Shown: positions 41,086 to 53,384 of the stretch, piece by piece
Numbering within the stretch: position 1 is the first letter of the stretch
How the letters are laid out: each line of letters begins with the position of its first letter
DNA from: Lama glama
Taxonomy: Eukaryota
Reading direction: 5' to 3'
Assembly (NCBI GenBank): GCA_028534125.1
Contig: CM052816.1
Location: forward strand, 86,244,001-86,308,000
Length of the DNA stretch: 64,000 nucleotides
Position numbers and translations under genes: made by a program
The notes under the pieces: generated by a model
Database searches by the model: none
What the model was told of the DNA's origin: nothing
Seen by the model: the letters and a program-made list of their open reading frames with translations, nothing else

Positions 41086-41484
41086 ATCAACAATTTAAAA
41101 TGGTTCGACAAAATACCTATGGTATGGAAGTTAATGAGACAAATAGATCCAAATTTGAAATGTCTCAAATGTTAATGAGTTCTCAAAAAGAAGTTTTCAA
41201 AAAACAGTCCCACTTGGCTGTCCCTTGTCTCCTGTCCTTCATGTGATACCTCAAGACCCAGGAACAGAGCTGCTTCTACTCTGTAGCTCTCTCCTTTCCT
41301 ACTGCTTCACCGTGGGATGTGTCCTGTGCCCTAAAAGGGAAAGAAAGCGTGAAGGATCCTACCTGTCTGTTGTAAGCTTTGGCCCAGAAGCAACACATGC
41401 CACTTGTCACATTTCATTGGAAAGAACTAGACCCTCACTCTGTGCTCAAGGAGAGTAAATGTATTTTTGGCAGCACCTAGTATT

Positions 41485-41503
41485 CTGTCTGTCTCTGTCT
41501 CTG

Positions 41504-41559
<56 letters not shown>
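41485..41559. repeat. Compound (CTGTCT)n(CT)n(CA)n microsatellite
   Basis: Seen directly. Confidence 0.97.
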
Positions 41560-41560
<1 letters not shown>

Positions 41561-43329
41561 CCTAGGAACTTTTTAAATGAGAATTCCATTTTCATGTATA
41601 ACACTTTAATGTTTTTATCTTTGCTTATTTATATACATGGAGCTCAAAAATATAATCCATGCATTGGCATGGACTGTATTTCAAGTATTATGTAGTTGAA
41701 TTGGTTGCTTAGTTGTTCTGGCTTAATTAAAAGTTCTCAAATTATTTTTGCTTATGAAAATAAGTTAAATGAGACTTTAAAGATGGTTTATTATTCCTAC
41801 ACTGCAAAATTACTTGTTTGATATTATCAATGTGTGTCCCACCTACCAAAGTAGAATAGCAGATATACTTTTTAATATCTGCCCACCACCAACATAATGA
41901 AAATAAAAGACTAGATATGTTTTTGTTAAAACAGTAGAAAACTTCAGTTCTATTCCAACTACTTACGTAATTTTAGAAGAACTTCTTTTTTTTCTCTTTT
42001 TTTTTCACTCACCTATGAAATGTTATTATTTGAACTAAATGATCTAAAATATTCCTGCCAACTCAAGTTTTTTTATTACAGATTTTAAAAATATGCAACA
42101 TGCTTCACTTGTAGGAAACAACATGAAGACTTTGGGGGAAGAGGAGCTTTCAGAAAAACAAAATGCAACCTGAGAGGTCTATGTACAATGCAATTACAGT
42201 TAGAACTTATTTGGTTATTGAAATGAAAAGGCAAACAATAACTGTATGTGTATGACACTAGCCCATTTCTAGAGCCAATTCTTTACTCTACAATTGTCTA
42301 ATGTATAACTCTCAAAGTGTTAAGTCTCCAAAAGTTAAGAACGAGGATTATTTGTACCATTAGCTCTCTTCAAGATAGCTACAGTCAAAAATTACATTTC
42401 CTCAAAGCAAATGCAAAGAGAATTCATGTTGCAAATAATATAATTAATTTCACTTTACTAAAGCACATTCTCTTATCACAAATATAATAGCAAGCTAGAG
42501 AGATCACAGATAACACAGTATCTGTACAACACTTAAAAATGTAAAAAAGTTCATGGAAATCTATTAATAAGCTACTCTATTTGGCTGCAGATGGGACCTC
42601 TAAGATACAGATACGGTTCTTTATTTGCCTCTGTTTTCTCTCTTTTAATAAAAAAAAGTATGAGAAAATAAATTCCATATCTAATTTTAAACCATATTTT
42701 AGTGAGGCTATCCAGTGACTTTCCTTCATATATAATTGCAGAGTTTGAAGTCGCTAACTGGCAAACCAAAGAACTGTCTGCTTCATTTACACACTACTGA
42801 GAATTTGTTGATCTTCAATTGAAAAGGAAATATTGAGCATAGTACTTTTGAAGCTTGATGATTTCTCTTTTAGAAATGATTTATACACTAGAAAGAAGTA
42901 TCTCATATGTCATCAGTCATGGCATATATCTGCATTTTTAAATTATACTGGAACAGAAGCACAAGAGTAGAAAGGAATTTCTATGTCAAGTTCAAACATA
43001 TTTATGCATATCAAGAGAGTTATATTGAGTCCAAGAGTTTAGATCTATAACCAGAAGATGTTTTGAGAATCTTTGAGATCATGCAATCAATTATTTGATT
43101 TCTTTTCCACTTTCAGTAATTTTGATTTATATTTGAGAAAAATAAGGATCAAATCAGAGACTATAAATGGAAAGCATGTTTAAGTAATAATGTTCATCCA
43201 TTCATTTAGTAAATACGTATTTATTGAGTACATAACACCAGTCATGTATTTAACATTGGAATGAAACGAGGAATGCTAATTTAAAATATTTCTGTGGAAT
43301 AAAAATACAATTATATGGTTGCCAGAATT

Positions 43330-43600
43330 TTTAAATTAAATTTGTCAGTATGGACACACTGAGTAAACTACATATGGATCAATTTCATCTGTAAGAAATT
43401 CAGAAACTGGTCTAAAGACTCCTGCACATTGGGTAACTGAGAAAATACCTCCATCATAACGGGTAGGAAAAGTGACAGATAATCTTGCCATAAACCCCTC
43501 TCCTAGCACAATGCCGTACAATCAGAAGGGAACACCTAACTTTCAGATTTTCCCCGAGGACAGAATGTTTTGGAACACACGTCTAGTGACCACCCCTACA
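43330..43600 (+). mobile_element. Old L1 5'UTR fragment
   Basis: 'tatggatcaatttcatctgtaagaaattcagaaactgg...gactcctgcacattgg' recalls L1M 5' ends; shares a motif with the 45.3-46.2 kb units. Confidence 0.55.
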
Positions 43601-43950
43601 AGGTCTTTTTTGTCTGAAGACAATCTATTTTTCCAATCTAGGAAGTAGTGATGATCCTACACTTTTTGTTTTCTGTTTCCGAGAAGAGCAACATATGGGT
43701 GTGAGTTTTAAAAAATGCATCATGTGTATTAAGCTACACTAGACTAATAACTTCAATTTTCTAGAATTAGATAGCCTATATTTTTTGAATAATAGTGAAA
43801 ATAGATTGCTTTTTCCCCTTACTAAGAATAATGCTAAATATATTCTTAATTCTGTTTTCAAAATTCAAGGAGAAATTAAGAATATGAAACAATTAGCTAG
43901 AATAAGCCAGAAGATGATTCTAGCTTTCTACTACTAAAATTCAGTTTCAA

Positions 43951-44079
43951 GGGGAGGGTATAGCTCAGTGGTAGGGTGTGTGCCTAGCATGCACGAGGTC
44001 CTGGGTTCAATCCCCACTACCTCCATTAAAAATAAACAAATAGAAACCTAATTACCTCTCCCCCTGCAAAACAATAAAA
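43951..44079 (+). mobile_element. tRNA-derived SINE, camelid Vic-1 type
   Basis: ggggagggtaTAGCTCAGTGG (A box)...GGTTCAATCCC (B box), A-rich tail, and 14-bp TSD with one mismatch: taaaattcagtttc 43935-43948 and taaaattcaatttc 44080-44093. Confidence 0.92.
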
Positions 44080-44269
44080 TAAAATTCAATTTCTGTCCTT
44101 TTAAGGATTTTACATGAATTCAAGTGAAAAAAATGAGCTGAGGGTCTAGAGAATGACTCCAAAGAAGACTGGGTCATGTCTGATCATACACAAATAATCA
44201 GACTTTGCTCTGCCTTCCTTGAGCTGTGTCCTCTTGTCCATCCTGATAAGCACAGGATGATGCCAAAGA

Positions 44270-44415
44270 CTGCAGTGGAAAGAACACTGGATTTAGGTCC
44301 GGATACAGTCACAGCTTGTATATGATCTTGGGCAAGTCATTTCTGCTCTCTGGGCTTCAGATTCGGAATCTTCAAAATGACAAACCAGGTCTGAGGTCTC
44401 TTTCAGCTTTAACTA
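44270..44415 (+). mobile_element. MIR/MIR3 SINE
   Basis: 'gcagtggaaagaacactgga...tgatcttgggcaagtcattt...ctctctgggcttcag'. Confidence 0.75.
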
Positions 44416-44469
44416 CCTTTGCAGCTGAGCATGGTATGGTAGCTAAAGCCTCTGGAATTTCAGGTGACA

Positions 44470-44660
44470 GAAGGTATGGTAGATTCAATTATTGGCCACA
44501 ATCCTTCATCCCTTCCTGCATCCTTACTCTTGCCAAAGCTTCACTGTGAGCAGAGAGTATTCCTCTTCCTCTTGGTGTTGGGCTTGGCCGTGATGACTTC
44601 CTTTGACCAAGGGGATAGAGTAGACATGACACAAGTAGTGACTCAAAATGTGTATTATTT
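44470..44660 (+). mobile_element. MaLR LTR fragment (MLT1E/F-like)
   Basis: 'tggtagattcaattattggccacaatcc', 'tgggcttggccgtgatgacttcctttgaccaa'. Confidence 0.6.
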
Positions 44661-44754
44661 CTTGTTCCCTTTTAGTTAATTAGGACATCTTATAATGTTT
44701 AGTTAACTTAGAACATTTTATAAAATAAATGTTTACAACAGAGCTCTCTAATAA

Positions 44755-44896
44755 CTAGGTCATACCTGGGATAGCCCTACATCCCAGTTTTCCTAGGTTA
44801 ATCCTGGTTTGCATCTGTTTTTCTGGTGCAATGATTTATCTCTCTTCACTCTCAAAAGTGGGGAGATTTAGATTATAAATTATATAGTCACCATAG
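44755..44896. mobile_element. hAT-Blackjack-like (MER94-type) element
   Basis: 'cccagttttcctagg...tcctggttt...ctctcaaaagtg...ataaattatatagtcaccata'. Confidence 0.55.
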
Positions 44897-44959
44897 AAAA
44901 ACCCATCAGTTCATCTTGAAAACTCTCCTGGTTAATCCACAAGTTTGCTACAACAACAG

Positions 44960-46678
44960 GGCTACCTTCTTGCCCAGCAGCCATCCCCACAGGGCCTTCT
45001 TTGGATCATGAGGATTCCCAGGGTGAGGAAAGGACAGCCTGTATCCCTTCTTACTCTTCAAGTGGTGGACATTCCAAGGACCCCCTTTTCCCTCAGAATC
45101 TGAGAAACGTTTTTGCCCTAACTTTTTTGACTGCTACCCAAGGGAATGACTCCTATCTCTCCTGACTATGGAAGCTAGCTGCCCAGCATGCACTAGACTC
45201 CAGGGGCCACAGAGAGAAAAGAAGGGGTTTTAAATGGGTGCGCTAGCACGTCCTCCGTCTCCTCACCCTGGGCAGCAGAGAGCAGTAAAGTCCAGCTCCC
45301 GGGCGCTTCCTAAAAGAACTACACTGCACATCCACTGTCCCAGCTCTCTAGTTGCTGCCCAAGAGTCTGGCGTCTAGCTAACCTGTCTTCGGGAGTTGAC
45401 AGGGCAGGTGATCACAAGTTCCCTGGGAGTCTGCATGAACATGTGGGTTCCCTGTGGCTTCTTCCCCCAGCTCACACTAGAGATAAAGCTAAGACTCCAG
45501 CTTTTCTTGGAAGGAGTTAGACTACATATCTGGCACCTTGACTTTTCCAGCTTTTGCCTGAGGTCTGGCTTCTGTCTCTACTGTGTCTGGGAGCTGATGG
45601 GACCTGGCATTCACTAGTGTCCTTGGGTCTACAGAGAACAAAGCAATGGTTTTGAACAGCCCTGTGGGTTCTTCCCGTGACTCCTCTCTCCACTCACTGC
45701 AACAGTAAAGCCCAGTCCAGCTTCTTCCTGGAAGCAGTTAGACTGCACGTTTAGCGCGCCAGCTTCTCCAGCTGCTGCCCAAGGGAGTGACTTCTAACTT
45801 AGATGTTAGAAGATGATGGGAGATGATGGACAGACAATCCCTAGTCCATCCCAAGGCCCCTCTCCTTGGTTTACTCCAACAATAAAACCACAGCTCCAGC
45901 TTCTCCCTACATGGGGTTGGACACACATTTATAGACTACCAACTTCTCTGGCTGCTATCCAAGGAACTGGCTTCTACCACACCCATCTCCAAGATTTGAT
46001 GGAGCCCAGCATTTACCAGGCCCCTAAGGGTGATAGAGAGTGAAGCAACAGTTTGGAAGATCATGTGATCTGAATGGGTGTGCAAACATTTGCCACAGCT
46101 CTTCTCCCCAGCTCAGTGAAGAGTGAGCAGGTGATAAACTCCACTTCCCAGCTTCCTCCTGAGGAGGGAAGGAATTGGACCATATAACTAGCACCCCACA
46201 TCCGGCTTCTATTGAAAAATGGGCTGTTATCTTACCTGTCTCAGGGGCCGACAAGACTTGGCACACTCTGGTCTCCTGGGAACTGCTAAGAACAAAGACA
46301 GTGATTTGGATGAGCACACAGGTTTGAGATGCACCCAGAATCTCTGGCCTATCTGATAGGTGAGGGCTATCTCCTGTACAAGTGCAGTTTGTGGAGACTG
46401 CAGAAGCGGCTGTTTCATCTAATGTGCAGAAACCAACACAGAGAGAGTCAAGGAAAATAATGAAACAAATAAATATGTTCCAAATAAAAGAATAAGACAA
46501 GTCTCCAGAAACTGATCCTAATTATATGGAGGTATGTGATTTACTAGATGGAAAATTAAAAATAACAGTCATAAAGATGCTCACTGAGATCAGGAGAGCC
46601 ATACCCTGAACAAAGTTGTGCACCTTGAATATACACAATTCACATATATCAATTAGACATCAATAAAGCCGAAAAAAA
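44960..46678 (+). mobile_element. L1 5'UTR with ~200-bp repeated units and ORF1 start, fused directly to an L1 3' terminus
   Basis: GC-richer 5'UTR; ORF1 start 'aatatgttccaaataaaagaataagacaag...cataaagatgctcactgag'; then 'gttgtgcaccttgaatatacacaat...caataaagccgaaaaaaa'. Confidence 0.75.
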
Positions 46679-48134
46679 TTATCAATGTAAATATTTTTAG
46701 TGAGATTCCACTGTAATGTCCTCTAGTATAAAGCTAGTTATTGAAGAGTCAAATCACAAGTGAAGTAAGCTATTATTTACATTGTTCACTAAATACGTAC
46801 TGCTCAAGACATGATTTTCTTCATCTAATGGACATGTCTTTATATTAGTGCCTGGTTAATATCTTTAGATTTGCAGACAGCTAAAAAAAAAAAGGTAAAT
46901 AAGTATCATCACCATAGAATCACAGCAGCAATATTTTCCCTTCTTTAATAAATAATTTATGTTTCTGCTGTAATCCTTACCAAATAATATTCTAAAGTAG
47001 ATTATGATGATGTAGTTCTCACAGAAACCGGCTTAGCTAAAAATACCCATGATACACTAAAGCCGTGCGGAGAAATCGGGCCAATTTACTCTCAGTAAAC
47101 AGAAGACCACCACTGCTTTCCGCAAGAGCTGAAAGCTCCTAAAGCATTTAGTTAACAGTTAAGTCGTTCTTCTATTGACTCTATTAAGGTTACACTGATG
47201 CAACCTATTTCAAATACCATCTATTACTACACCAAATATATCTTTTTATACAAATTATTTAGCTATGACTCTTATAAAAGGCATGTTCCTTCCCACATGG
47301 GCCCAAAATAATAGCACAATTCCATATTTTAAAAAGCACACATGGTCAGTACATTTAACTACACTGATTTGTGTTTTGAGCAATTTTATTCACTGAGATG
47401 TCAAAGTGCTTTGAAATTCAGCAAATTTTTATACAAAACATATTTAAAAGTACTTCACACTTCAGTGAACTTCCCTCAGCTTCAGGCTAAATATAGAAAC
47501 CTAACAGTCTACCACACTCGTGTCAAAGCTGGTTAAGTGGGGGAAGTGGAAAAGGTAATCCATTCAGTCAAAATCTCCAGGGAAATAGAACACGAGTGGA
47601 ACACACACTGGCCCTTCTGGCACACTGCTGCTATTATTTTATTTACATTTTATGGAAACTTTTTTTCTTTATAAACTATCCTGGAAAAGAATAACACACT
47701 TTTTAAATGACTTGAGCCTTGTGTGTTCATTGATTAAATGCAAGACTGAGCTACAGAGGGATTTCAGCTTCTCTGACTGGCCTTGTAGTATAAGAAATTT
47801 ATGTCTTTTCTATTTTAAATTCCTAAATGGAAGTACACTTTTTAGGTTGTGACTTAATACAAATAATAGTTCAAGAAATATAATCTAGTGGTTGTAAAAT
47901 GGGTGCTAGACCATTTGAGGGTCATTTCAACTAAAATAATCTTTGATTTAAAAGGAAAAAAAAAACAGGCTAGGCAGGGAAGTTTTCACTCTCTTCTAAG
48001 AAGCTGGAAAGTACTCCCTTTGGGGTGTGTTACTTCGTGTATTCTGAATAGTGTCCTGGCTCTCCTGACTAACCTGCCATGAATCTCATCTAATTATCTC
48101 ATCTAAAATGAGGATGAGTCTAAAGTCCAAAGTA

Positions 48135-48245
48135 TGATAACGTGGTTTCCAGTCTTGGCTCCTTACTCACAAATAGTGCAGCATTGGTAAATTATTTTAC
48201 CTTCTTCTGCCTCATTTTTCCTTATCTGTTAAATGTGTATAGTAT
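48135..48245 (+). mobile_element. MIR fragment
   Basis: 'ttggtaaattattttaccttcttctgcctcatttttccttatctgttaaatg' is the MIR core. Confidence 0.65.
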
Positions 48246-49099
48246 TGGTTGCTGTTCTCAGAAGTATTTTGGGATTAATAAAACAGTACCCGGAAGCTCT
48301 TACTATTGCCTGGCCCAAACTACACGCTTAGCTGAAGGATGGTAGCTACAATGATCTCTGTTTCTTTTCTACATTAGGTTATGCATTTCCAGCTATTTTT
48401 AAGAATTCTTCATTTCAGTTGTGTCACCAGTAGTGCATACTTAAAAAAGATCAACATTGAGTACAAAATGAAGCAAAATACATCTCTTGTCACAAACTGT
48501 CTTTGTAATGTCACAACTAGAGTCTCATTCACCCAGGATGGAAATGTGAAGTTATCTTTGTCTTCCCTGTTTCTACATATGCAATTATTATATCCTCTGT
48601 ATTTTCCTTCCCCAGAATCCTTTTCAAAGGTTATTCTCAAATACTAGTTGTCTTCATCTGTCTTACCTACGCTATTACCTCCCAGACTTACAGTCTTCAT
48701 GCTACCGCCAGTTATTTCTACTCCATAAGATCTAATTTTTGTGTTACATTGATCTTTCTAAAGCATACTTCTTGTCGTATTACGCCTCTGGCCAGGAACT
48801 TTCAGTGGCACTCCGAAGCAAAACAAGTCCAAATTTCCTCTTCTATCATTCAGTACCAACCTACTGCAGAAGCCAATACTGTGTGCAACTTCTTTGCCCA
48901 CATCCTTAACAAACTTATGACTGTTTCCAATAAATACTCCCTTTTCCAATCTTTTGCCATTTCTCACAATTTCTCAGCAGTTTTCCTTGAATACAGTAGA
49001 CAGTCATTTTTATTGAATGAAAGCAAAGTTTACAATATAGTGCAAAATAAGGACTGAATATCAAATAAAATAAAATTCTAAGAAGGAGGATGTCTGGAA

Positions 49100-49566
49100 A
49101 GTATACTAGTTTCTTAGGACTGGTGTAACAAGTACAACAAACTGGGTGACTTAAAAGAATCGAAATTTATTCTCTCACAGTTACAGAGGCTAGAAATAAA
49201 AAATCAGGATGCTAATAATGTTGGTTCCTCTGGGAGGATTTTGTGAGAGAGGCTAGTCCATGCTTCTAGCTTCTGGTGGTTTTCCTGGGCTTATAGATAC
49301 ATCACTCCAATTTGTGATCCATTGTTGTCACATGGACGTCTTCTTCGTGTGTGTCTTCACATGGTGTTCTCCTTTGTCTCTTTCTTTTTCTTATATGAAC
49401 ACCATTCATATTGGATTAAGGGCCCACTGTTCTCAGCATAACCCCATCTTACCTTTACTAATTATATCTGCAATGACCCTTTTTCTAAAAAAAAGTTTAC
49501 ATTCTGAGGTACTGAGAGTTAAGATTTTGACCTATCTTTTTAGGGGACATAATTCAACCCATATCA
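49100..49566 (-). mobile_element. MaLR solo LTR (MLT1B/C-like)
   Basis: 'aactgggtgacttaaaa...aaatttattctctcacagtt...gaggctagaa', 'cattcatattggattaagggcccac', 'ggggacataattcaaccc'. Confidence 0.9.
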
Positions 49567-49589
49567 AAAGGAGAATTAAAATCATGGAT

Positions 49590-49862
49590 GCTGGATGCTG
49601 GAGCTAGACTCTCTGAGTTGGTTTCACCTTCCTGAGTAGGTCTCTCACTACCTGGGTTTTTCCCTCGCCCCCACTACTTACAGAGCTCTGTGGGGTTTAG
49701 CATCTACTCAACTTCCTTGCACTGCAAGTTCCTCATCTGGAACATAAAACTAATAGTAGTTCCCACCTCAAGGCATTTTTGTGAAGATTAAAGGATGTTA
49801 CCATTGAAAACAGTGCCTGCAACATAGCAATCAGTGCATGTGTTGTTCTGTTTATTATTGCA
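49590..49862 (+). mobile_element. MIR SINE (possibly with a short internal insertion)
   Basis: 'ctggagctagact', 'agttcctcatctggaac', 'ttgtgaagattaaa...aaacagtgcctgcaacatag'. Confidence 0.7.
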
Positions 49863-51519
49863 GGCACCCAGGAGGTGGTAGCCCCAGCGCTGGCACGGAG
49901 GGTTGGACTTCTCTTTTTAATTCTTTTAACTGCAAACTCCACTTGATGCCTGCCTCTTTCTCTGACTTCTTTTCTTGATCTCTTCTGTTTTTTTTTTAAA
50001 CCTTCCTCCATTAAGTAAGGTTGCTGTAAGAACATTCATAAAATGTTTTAATTAAAGGTATGATGAAGGTACCAAGTCTTACCTGCCTGAGGCAAATAAA
50101 GTCATGGAGGAGGAAATGATTGACTGCTTTACCCCTAAAGGTTGGAATGCCCCGAGAATGAACAAGGTGCCTCAGCTCTTCACTGTCTATAGCCCTCACC
50201 TTCCGAGTGACTTCTAGTCCCATGTCTTTATATACCATCTATATTACAATGAACTCCATTAAAAACAACTGATACATATTATGAATTAAGCACATAACTG
50301 CTAGACAAAATTTTCTAATACCTTATTAAAACTGTTAAAGCCTGAAAGAGTCACACTCTCACTAAATGAAAACAAAATATTTAAACCAATTTTATAACAC
50401 AAAGTAATTACAGAGGAAGAATTATTCTAATACTTTAGATAGTTCCTTACCACCCACCCCCATCCAAATTTTAACTGTGCATGCTCTCTGATACCTGGTT
50501 TGGGAGATATTTGGTTTGAAATTTGCAATTATAGACTATCTTTTCTTTTATAATTTATTTTTTGCCAATTCTGCATATGTATACAAAATATGAATGAAAG
50601 TAGTGTTCTAGTATAAGTAGACTAATAATTCCCATTGACAAGCCACCATACCAGCAAGCCTAGTTTTAGTTCAAAATGAGAATCTATATGTAAATTCAAT
50701 TCCACAGATGTTCAAGAAATTGTAATCATTCCCATCACATACTTAGTTTTACACTTAGGGGACTTTCTAAAGAAAAAGCCATGTTAGATGGTAATATTAA
50801 ACTAATTAGCAGTACATAGAATATTATACGATTCTTCATGACCAGGTATAGAAAGCTAATGTATCTGCATTAAGAGTTTACGTAAATCCCAGTAGTTCAT
50901 AACCTGAAAATATCTCCAAAAATTACCTACATGTTTATTGTAAAGTAAATGTTAGTTTTTACAGTGGATTTAAATTTCTATGTTTTATTTTATAGTTAAC
51001 ATGATGGAAGAATATTTCTAATTTACATAAAGCTCAGTTTTCTATATTGCATTGGTATTTTCAAAATTACTTTGAATAAAGTACATTGTGATTTTTACAA
51101 TCACCTTAAATATAAAATAACATTGAGAATTTCCCATAGAATATATGTAATACCTTTAATAATTAAAAGGATGTCAGGCAAAAGTAAGTTCTACACAAGT
51201 GTTTATTAAATATTAAATGCAATGACTGCATTTCTATACATTCTACTGATGGAAAATAATATGTACTAGCTTGTGGGCACTCGGTCAAAAGAAGTAAAAC
51301 CTGAAATAGGGAGCTGAGAAAAATTTGTTGAAAATCTTAATGGCTATTTTGTAGAGAGCTTTAAATGGGTTCTGAGGGTGTATGAAGTTGAAATAGACTC
51401 CACTCTCTTAGAAAACTGCTCTAGAAAAGAAAATTAGACTTATTTGTAAGTCATTATTTAATATAATATTAAATATAAGAGTAATGGGAAAAGAACAAAA
51501 GTGATTATGCAGTTTTAGA

Positions 51520-52140
51520 AGATCAGCTTTCAGGTGGGTAAATTAGGAAATGTTTTGATGTGGGGCTTTCATAAACATAAAATGGACAAGTGGAGTAACT
51601 CAAGTAGTGTATAGTGAACAGTTTAATTGGTTTGCAGTTTGAAGCAAAATAAAACAGAGATCATGTAGCAAGAAATATGATTTGACAAAATTGAAAAGTC
51701 AGCTTGGGGACAGATAATTCTGGGCTTCACATTAAAAAATTAAGGTACATTTCATTTGGTAAGTAATGAAGACTCTTTAAAAGATTTTACAGAAAATGTT
51801 AACATGATCAAAGTGGCTTTAAAAAAATTAGTCTGAAAATGTTGTGCCATGTGGATTGGAACAGGGGTTAAGAAGTCCATCAAAGTTTAATGCAGTAGTC
51901 CAGGGAAGTGGAATGAGCGTAAAGACAGTTGAAATAGGGCATTAGTTATAAAGTTGGAGAAAAAAAAAGAAGAGGATAGTGAGTATAAAGATGTTATTAA
52001 AGGCATAAGAAATAGAGACAAAAAAAGAATGCTTTGGAGACTGATGACTCCATTTTGGACATGTTATATTAATATGCTGTGAAAACAGCCAGATCTAAGA
52101 TGCTTAGCAGTTATTGGAAATGCCAAATGATAATCAGGCA
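51520..52140 (-). mobile_element. L2 fragment
   Basis: 'aacatgatcaaagtggctttaaaaaaattagtctg', 'gcagtagtccaggga', 'ccattttggacatgtt'. Confidence 0.65.
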
Positions 52141-53384
52141 AATGTCCTAAAATCTACACCTTTTGTTATGATTTTCTCTCAGTGAGTTGCTTGGTCAGAA
52201 TTTTGGAAGTAAGTATTTTGACCGCCTATATTGAGATGCTCACTAAAATACAGATTCCAAAGCCACTGCCCAGACTACTAAATCAAAATATGTATTTAAA
52301 TTCATTAACCTTATAACCTTACTGTATATCTTTATACCATGACCTATCATTGACTTATAAATATTAATTTGGGCTTAAATACCATTCAGATAAAACTTGA
52401 ATTATAATGAACAGTAAATTATGAGAATAAAGGCATACTTCTGGACACTTCTGTTTAACCTTGATGCGTCAAGGGGAGACTTCACTTTAAGTTAATGAGT
52501 TACAATAATCTATAGAGACTGCAATAATACTTAAATTAATTTTAAATCACAATGCAATATTGTTGATTAATGGATACAGGAATAGCATTTTTATCTGAAA
52601 TTGTTTAATTATAGTCAGTGCTCTAAATGGCCATGTTTTATTTCAAAGCAAAAGTAATGTAGATAATTAGCTTTTATTATTGTCTATTTCACTAATCTTT
52701 TGGCGTATATTTTACTCATATTTTTATGAACTTCTGTTTTGATTAAATGAGAAGCCCATTGAATTCAAAGTACATTAATTTTCTATTCCTATCACCTAAT
52801 ATGTGGCATTAAATTGTGTAGAACCATCAAAATGGTTGTGAAACTTTTTAGTTTATTAAGCAAAATACTGGTAGAGAAACTATCTCTTATTAGTTAAGAA
52901 GCATTTCGTCATAAAAAATAAAGACAAAAATTCTAACAAAAAGCTATATTTCTTCCTTGGCCAGTTCCTCGACTATTTATGTGTGGTTTTAGGTGAAGAA
53001 TATAAAGATATTGAGAAAATTTGGAGAAATTTAATTACTTGTATTTGGGATCTAAACTTTCTATCTTTACATACCTCAAAGAGCAGACAATTTTATAAAA
53101 ATAGTCTGAAATTCTTTTCAGAATCAATATTAACGTTATTATATGGAATTAGAATAAGAAAACCAGATTCCATGTATGCAGATATAGAAGACAACACTAA
53201 ACCTAGTGCAATGATAAATTCTTTCTGACTGGTCAGGAGTTTGATAGCACTGAGGAAGAAGTTGATTGCGGACAAGGTCACTAGAAATGCAATAATGTTA
53301 CAGAGGAGAATCATATAAGTGTGACTCAATAAGACCTCACGCCTGGAGATTCATTAGAAGACCAGAGGATCACACTGAACAATG

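Noticed and set aside
43951..44024. Functional tRNA gene
   Set aside because: Followed by a SINE body and A-rich tail and flanked by a TSD; it is a retroposed SINE.
45280..46210. CRISPR-like repeat-spacer array
   Set aside because: Mammalian DNA; units are long, diverged, irregularly spaced and lie in an L1 5'UTR.
46024..46500. Longest ORF (158 aa, minus strand)
   Set aside because: Antisense to an L1 5'UTR/ORF1 junction; no recognisable domain.
52983..53329. Overlapping 81-aa and 78-aa ORFs
   Set aside because: No recognisable homology or convincing donor site; length expected by chance in AT-rich DNA.
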